Assembly: GCA_012295275.1 (NCBI GenBank)
Contig: CM022665.1
Coordinates: forward strand, 12,276,001-12,340,000
DNA: 64,000 bases
From: Chrysomallon squamiferum
Taxonomy: Eukaryota > Animalia > Mollusca
Direction: 5' to 3'
Of this stretch, positions 56,598 to 64,000 are shown piece after piece (the first letter of the stretch is position 1; the number at the start of each line of letters is the position of its first letter). A program made the position numbers and the translations under genes. The notes under the pieces are model-generated. The model did no database searches and was not told where the DNA came from. It saw only the letters and a list, made by a program, of their open reading frames with translations.

Positions 56598-59307
56598 GTT
56601 GTTTTCCTAAAACGAGAATAATAAAAGAATAGAAAACAGCCTAAATATACTATGTATATTTCCTTTTAATTCTTATTTATTATTTTATTTCTTTTATTTA
56701 TTTATTTATTTATTTATGTTCTAGACGCTATTTTTTTTTTTTTTGTAATAATAACACACAACGATAATAATATTATTACTAAATGTCTGAGAGTATGTCT
56801 GGAGATTGCCTTTTCCTGTGATATAATTTATATCTTAGAAATGAATAAATATATTTGATAGATATCCTCTGTTATTACTAAAAATCCTTGCCTTACTTCA
56901 GTTCGGATCATCAGATATACGCATTCTGTTTTACTTACCAAAATCTCGCACTCTTAAATAAACCTGCACACGCGTAGCTGCGCACGCATACGCAATTGAA
57001 TATACGTAATTTCCGCCGTATGAATGTATTATCCATCGCACGTAGTTCTGTGTTATTCGTCAAACCCGGCTACAAACGGGAAATATTTAAGTACTAATAT
57101 CTGAATGACCCTTACGTCTACAACTGGTCATGAATACTATAACTGGCCTATTGCCTTAGTGACCCTACGTTACAAAACCAAGATACGTAATTTGTCCTTA
57201 AAAACGTGGGAAAGGTGCATCGACTTCAAGCCACTGGTTCTTGTTATACTGCCTCTTGCGTGTATTTATCTTAAATATTTATTTTTTCGTTAGGATAATT
57301 TTATGTATATAATTCAGTAATATAGAGATCATACAGATAGATCGATAGATAGATAGATAGATAGATAGACAGGAAGATAGATAGATTGATAGCTTCATTG
57401 ATTGATTGATATTCAGAAATAAAAGATTTCATATGCATAATAATAAAATATACATATTCAAGAATCATGCATTTAATAGTGAAAATACAGATATTCAGAA
57501 ATCATATACATATTCATCGCAGTAAAAATATAGTTCATAAAGAATAAACACAGAACATTATGTCATTTATGTCTCATTTAAGTACTGCATCAAATAAATA
57601 CCGAATTATATGCTATAGCAATTAATTTAAGTGAATGAGAACAACGTAAATGTCCATGATGGTGATAGTGAAAATGATGATGATGATGATGATAATGACC
57701 ACTGCAGTGATATTAACCGTCAAGAATGAAAACTATAGAAAGCCAGATCTATTGCATTTTGTTTTACCATAACATAAATAATTCAGGAAGGCATTTAATT
57801 TTTTAAATTTAAAAACCGTAATATAAGAGATAATTTAGATATGAAAAAAACACACAACACGAAAAAAACACACACACACACACACACACGCGCATACACA
57901 TACACACAAACACACACACACATACACACAGAGAAAGAAAGAAAATAAATAACCGATTCGTACAACACATGTCGGTCCCTGTGATAGAAGAAACGTATTG
58001 TGCTTGGTAATTCTTTATTTACTAACATTTTCTTTGTAATCTTAGAATATCAAATTTTTTATTTTATTTCATTTGCCTACAGCTACATAATTATTATATA
58101 TGTTAGTTACAGAAATAATCCCTGTAGCGATAAACAATCAAATAAATAATGATGCCAATTGTGCAACTGTTCTGTTATATTGCTCACAAAATGCTGCATA
58201 TTTGGCATACTGTATCGATTTATCATTGATTCCTTATGGTGCACTGATCATAATATTTAGTATAAATTGTGTAATGTTTATAGAACAAGTTTCAGATCAC
58301 ATACAAAACAGGTCAAAGGCGTATGATACGAATGAATAAATGATTTGTATTTAACGGTATCGCAGAACATTTTAATATTAGCAATTATTAGCTTTAGTTG
58401 GGGTTTTTTATTTAATAACGACAACAGAGAGTTCCTGGAATGACAACTTTTGTTGATTATCAGTAATGAATCCTTGATGGTCATGACGACATTCATAATG
58501 AAACTTGTACTTAGTTCATCTGATCCCGGGTATCTTTACATCGGACACAAGTGTACTAATCATTGCGTGTGTTGATACACTGTACTAACAGCATATGACA
58601 CGGTTTGTTTTCGTTTCGGCAGGTTAACAGTATCTGGAAAGTGATGGATTTTGCTTATATTTTGCAACAACTGAGGAAAACTGTAATTCAGTAATATATC
58701 TTAGTACTGACATTGAAACCATTCTATAACCTATACTGTATTTAATTAGTTTAATATATTTATATATTCTGGTAGCATGGCGTATCGTGTTCTTCGCAGC
58801 AATGTAATTTTATGGAGATTTATATATTAATAAAGTAGAGCTATGAATGTTAATGCTGAACATCAAAATTAATACGTGCTCTGTGTCAAAGCAGGAACTG
58901 AAAGGAATTAAGAAGCATTTATATGATTCAGAGAAGAACTATAATAAGAAGCAATATTCACAGATCGACCTGAGAGAATCCTTTCTGAAAATAATCTTGT
59001 AAAATAAGGACAGATGAATCATAAAAAAAGGACGGGGGTGGTTTATTATAATCTTTCATTTTGCAGTGACAAGGGCGGATATTAAACTGTGAACGAAAAA
59101 ACAAGAAATATTTAGAAATGAAAAAAGCAAAAACAAATCACACACACCAAAAATAGGGCCATGACTGATGCTTAATATACCAGTAAAGTATAAAACGTGT
59201 TTCTTCTTCTTTTTTTAATTTGTATATGTATTTGAGTATGTGTGCATGCATTTAGTATGTATGTGTGTACTTAGGAATTAACATTATGTTGTCTTATGTA
59301 CTACGTC

Positions 59308-59436
59308 TGATTAGACTCTGCACATAGAGTCTAATCACGACCTCACAAACATCAAATGCCACTGATGAGATTCGAACGTATGGCTTCCATTCGCCCATAC
59401 TCCGAAGGCGGGCGACGAAGGCACTCGGCCATCGAA
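59308..59436 (-). mobile_element. tRNA-derived SINE head / pseudo-tRNA followed by a 12-bp hairpin
   Basis: Minus strand reads GATGGCCGAGTG (A box) ... GTTCGAATCTCA (B box), like tRNA-Ser/Leu but with no recognisable intact cloverleaf. Downstream lies the inverted repeat TGATTAGACTCT-6nt-AGAGTCTAATCA (59308-59337). Confidence 0.6.
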
Positions 59437-59456
59437 ATAATTTTATGCATTCATGT

Positions 59457-59492
<36 letters not shown>

Positions 59493-59914
59493 GTGTGTGT
59501 GTGTATGTGTGTGTGTATGTGTGTGTCTGCGTACATTATTAATTTGACCAAGTGGTGACCGTAAGTTAATACACTACATAAATGTTCGACAAAAATCTCT
59601 ACAATGACAATGATAATCGCGATGATTATAAAAATACGATATAGGTTGTCCCTGTTCCTTTTCCGGCGTGTCTGATTTGACCTGGCAATGAATATATGGA
59701 TGAATGAAAGAATTAAAAAAAAAAGAAGAAGAAGAAGAAAAGAAAGAACGGATGGTTGATGTAGTTAAATAAATTTACAAAAGAATATAAAAAAAAAATT
59801 TGGGAAGAAATAATTATAAAGTAACAAAACATACATAAAAATATACCACAGATATAACGCCATTAACAATCCTGTCCAAGTAAAACGTATAAATTGAAAT
59901 CATGGTATCTTACA

Positions 59915-60163
59915 CCCATCATATCAACTTAACTGAAAAGCTAAGAAGCAAAAACAAAAAAGAAACATAAAATTTATTTTAAAAACAATTTATATGTAAA
60001 TTATATAGTATTTACCAGGTATATTAAAAACGTAAAAGCACGCCGTAAGAAATGACGCAATAAAATAAAGTGATTCACAAACACATACGTCATTTATAAC
60101 TTCCCTCAACTAGCCAAACAAACATTGTATGAGGAAGCATATCAAGTATATGAAATGAAACAC

Positions 60164-60237
<74 letters not shown>

Positions 60238-60424
60238 TGATGATGATGATGATAATGATGATGGTACTCTGAATACACGGTGAAATAAAATATGTAATAA
60301 ATATATTCATTAGTTATAACTTATTTAACCAAATACCATACTGTACGAGAATTGTTTTTATCCTATAGTTTAAATATATCAAAACACGAAATACGAGGTG
60401 GGGGGAGAAAGAAAGAAAAAAAAA

Positions 60425-60469
<45 letters not shown>

Positions 60470-61042
60470 CTGAATATACTGTAAAATAAAACACATAATA
60501 TAAATATACTATGCAAAGTTGATAATAGGCCTAGGCTAATTAGGAAATATAGGCCCCTTTCAAAATTCTCATTCAATATTTTTGAAATCAGTGTTCAGTA
60601 CAAATGATATATTTACGTGTGTATATATGTACATATAGTGTATATGAAGTACTTACAAGTAACAGAACGTAAGAAAAACTGGAAAGCTTTTGAAAGGTAA
60701 CGCAATCTATTTTGTATAAGATGTGTTCTGACAACACAGTACTGTAATAAGAAAGAGTGAATACTACAATACATTTACGTTTATTCTGTATTTGGAATTT
60801 CGTATTGCGAAATGATTACTAAAAGTTGTATGCCCTAGCTACCTGACCTCACTCATGTCTTAGGAATAGTGCAAGAATACTTAGAAAGAAATAATAGCGT
60901 AAATTACAGTAAAATAAAATAATAATAAACTTATACATCAGTTATAACTTACCTCGGCTACGCAAATTAAATGTTACAATGAGTTAAGTCCTAATACATA
61001 TATACATATCAAAAACACAATAAAATAAAAGACGACCAACGA

Positions 61043-61122
<80 letters not shown>

Positions 61123-61572
61123 AATATAATAGTAAAACAGAGTAAATAATAAATATATATCTCAACTATATATTGCAAAGAATTTCACGAGAATGTTTGG
61201 CTGTTTTTTTGTTTTGTTTTTAGTTTTTTTTTTTTTTTTTTCCTTTTTTTTTTTTTTTCTGGTTATATGGTATCAATACATCAATAAAATGACAATAAAG
61301 TGAAAAATGACTGACTAAAACAATAAAACAAAGTAAAAAAAAAAATATATATATACTAATAATGATATACATCTGTTATACTTACCTGGACTAACAAGTA
61401 CGTATCATACGACATCAATAAAATGAAGAACACGCAAAAAACAAGAAAGCGAAAAACGGTTAAAATAAAACAATGAAATAAAGTAAAATGATAATCATAC
61501 ACATCAGTCGTAACTCACCTTAACAAAAACAATACACAAATTATGCAAGAGAAAAGTATTTTATCCTATGGT
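59915..61572. repeat. Dispersed degenerate repeat with core CATCAGTTATAACTTACCT, 5-6 copies
   Basis: Copies near 59917, 60089, 60308, 60936, 61370 and 61502. The copies at 60308 and 61502 also share downstream ...GAGA....TTTTATCCTAT. Confidence 0.6.
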
Positions 61573-62083
61573 GTCAACTTGTCTTGATTGCGATCTTCAA
61601 AGAAATGGCGTATCGTATGAGATGCTGTATCTAGCGTGGACATTTGCCTCAAATAACGAGATGTTTTTGTCATGCATGTAGTTTAACACGTACGTATGAT
61701 CTGTGCCTAGACCAGCGACTATGATTAACAGAAAATGTCTATTAAAACTCCCTTGATGGCGTTTCCTGGCACATAGAGGGCAGTTAATGGTCTGCGACGT
61801 TGTGATATTACCAAAGGAAAAGGGTGGTGGCAAATCAAAGAAAAATTCAAATATTTAAGGATGTTTGGGTGGCATTAAAAATAGAAGAAAAGGAAAAATA
61901 GTAAATTTTTTTTTTTTTTTTGTTTAAATTTATTTTTAAATATATATATTTTTTTTAATAGGGTAATTAAAGTTAATGGTGTTATTCAAAGTATGATGCA
62001 ATGGTTTTACGACTGTGGGAATAATCTGAATTTGTAGCCTGATGGAATACGATATCGTGTAAACACGTAAGTAAGTGCGTATG

Positions 62084-62084
<1 letters not shown>

Positions 62085-62118
<34 letters not shown>

Positions 62119-62176
62119 ATTAAATTAAATTAAATTAAATTAAATTAAATTAAATTAAATTAAATTAAATTAAATT
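62085..62176. repeat. (TAAA)n then (TAAAT)n microsatellite
   Basis: Direct reading. Confidence 0.9.
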
Positions 62177-64000
62177 GATAAATAAATTAATTAATCAATT
62201 AATTAATTTAGCTTAAGTAAAGCAATAAATAACTAAAATAACCAACAAACTAACTAAATAAATAAATATTAAATAATTAAATTAAATTAAACAAAACTAA
62301 TCTAAATAAACATATTAATTAAATCAGTTAATTAATTTAATTTAAACAAAATAATAAATAACTCAAATAACTAACAAACTAAATAATAAATAAATAAATG
62401 CATATATAAATAAATATAATACAAACTATAAGTTTAAAGTAATTAAATTAGAATAGTAAAAAATAATAAGAATAATAAAATAGCTAAGAAAAATAATAAG
62501 TAAGTATTATTAATTAATTAATTATTAAAACAACAAAATCAAATAACTTTATGAATTAAACAGAACAGAAAAATATATAAATTTAAAAAAATACATGCTA
62601 TAACATAACAACATAACATAACATGACAAATATATCATAACACGACAAACGTAATAACATAAAACATGATAAAAATAACATAACAACAAACACTATAAAA
62701 TAATGTAATATAATGTGCATGCATTAATTTCTTTGTATGTGCGTACTGTAACCTTACATTCACTATCTAACAACGGCTGTTAAAACCTGTTTTCGACTCT
62801 GAGTTCGAATCTTAAAGAGGATTAAACCGATACGGAATCGCCGTAACGAACAGAAATTTGGAAACGAGCAGACTGTACACTCTTTCAAAACGATAGGCCT
62901 GTACATGAGATTAACGTTAGAAAGAAACCTGTTGAGAGTTGTAATATCACCTCTTATCTAATAAAAAGGACAGTGTCCTGTGAGAACGAAAGTAATTGGC
63001 AATGAAGTTAATTATCAGCTTTAATAAGCAAACATGCATAGGTTCATATGTACATAAGTACATGCATAAAATGTATTACATTCATACATCCATACATATA
63101 CATACAAGGTTAAATATATAAACTGCACAAAAAAACCAACCAACAAACAAACAAACAAACAAAAAAACCATAATATAAAATATAAAATTCAATAAAAAAA
63201 ATAAAGAAAAAAAAAAAAAAAATAAAAAACACATAATAGAAAACATAAAATTCAGTAAAAAATAAAATATAATAAAAACATTTTTTATACAAAAATTATT
63301 TTCGACTTTATGATACACATTTTTAAATTCTGACATTAAGTTCCAGACACTTTTAATATGTTGTGCAATAACGGAACGTGATTGAAGTATACCTAAAAGG
63401 TCACATAACGGTAAATGCTAAATGCAATAGAGAAGCTTTGTTGCGTAATCAGTATTTAATGAGAGGAAAATGGCTTAGCAGCAGAGCAGCGACAGGTCCT
63501 AGGATCAACCCACCTCGGTGTACGCTTTGTGTTACTCATGTACTGTACGGTTTGTTATACAGACAGTTCAATACACTTGACTGTCCTAGTAGGGCGAACA
63601 AGTGAGCAGAGTTGATAACATTCTGGAAGAAATAGGAAAGTATGAAAGGGTTTTAAGGTACGCTGAATATGAATTTAAAGGGGAACAAGCGATATGGATA
63701 AAGTTGTTAATAGTTCATAATTACAGTTATTTGTGGAAGGCCTGAAAAAATATTAATTGTTTTTGTTGTTGTTGTTTGTTTGTTTGTTTGTTTGTTTGCT
63801 TGTTGTTTGTTTTTAATAGCTAATATTAAAATGTGTTGCGATGCCATTAATTATGAATTCGTTCGTAATCTTGGACGTGTAATTCAGCTATGAATATGCT
63901 TATCAAAGGGGGGAAAAAAAATGTAGTGAAAAACTTAAATCATGTAATGTTAGAAAGTATTAAGAGAAAAACAAAGAAACAAATAAATAAGCAAGCAAAC

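Noticed and set aside
59308-59337. Hairpin as a Helitron 3' end or intrinsic terminator
   Set aside because: No CTRR terminus at the proper distance, no U-tract, and the context is eukaryotic.
61378-61389. ATACTTACCTGG, identical to the 5' end of U1 snRNA
   Set aside because: No further U1 sequence follows. It is simply the complement of a consensus 5' splice site on the minus strand.
61597-63605. ORFs 61597-61833 (-) and 63378-63605 (+) and the complex segment at 62750-62990
   Set aside because: No coherent spliced reading frame or homology. 63470-63520 looks at most like a SINE fragment.

Overview
AT-rich, microsatellite-dense animal genomic DNA. The gene sequences and SINE types suggest a mollusc, probably a gastropod (inference). 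Three spliced protein-coding genes can be assembled by hand with GT-AG introns and consistent phases. (1) + strand Popeye-domain (BVES/POPDC-like) gene, join(17488..18044,18399..18513,19398..19677,20094..20158), 338 aa, with DSLE/YQVT in place of the canonical DSPE/FQVT cAMP-binding motifs and an overlapping uORF. (2) + strand myophilin/transgelin-type calponin-family gene, join(37092..37142,45654..45811,46789..47002,47319..47489), 197 aa. (3) A - strand gene absent from the ORF track, complement(join(54403..54466,54970..55108,56549..56597)), encoding an 83-aa secreted, cationic peptide with Kazal cysteine spacing but a non-canonical core. The rest is introns and intergenic DNA with MITEs, tRNA-derived SINE remnants, degenerate minisatellites, local duplications and many simple repeats. 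Nearly all other ORFs in the track are translated microsatellites. No prokaryotic features, rRNA or CRISPR array were seen.
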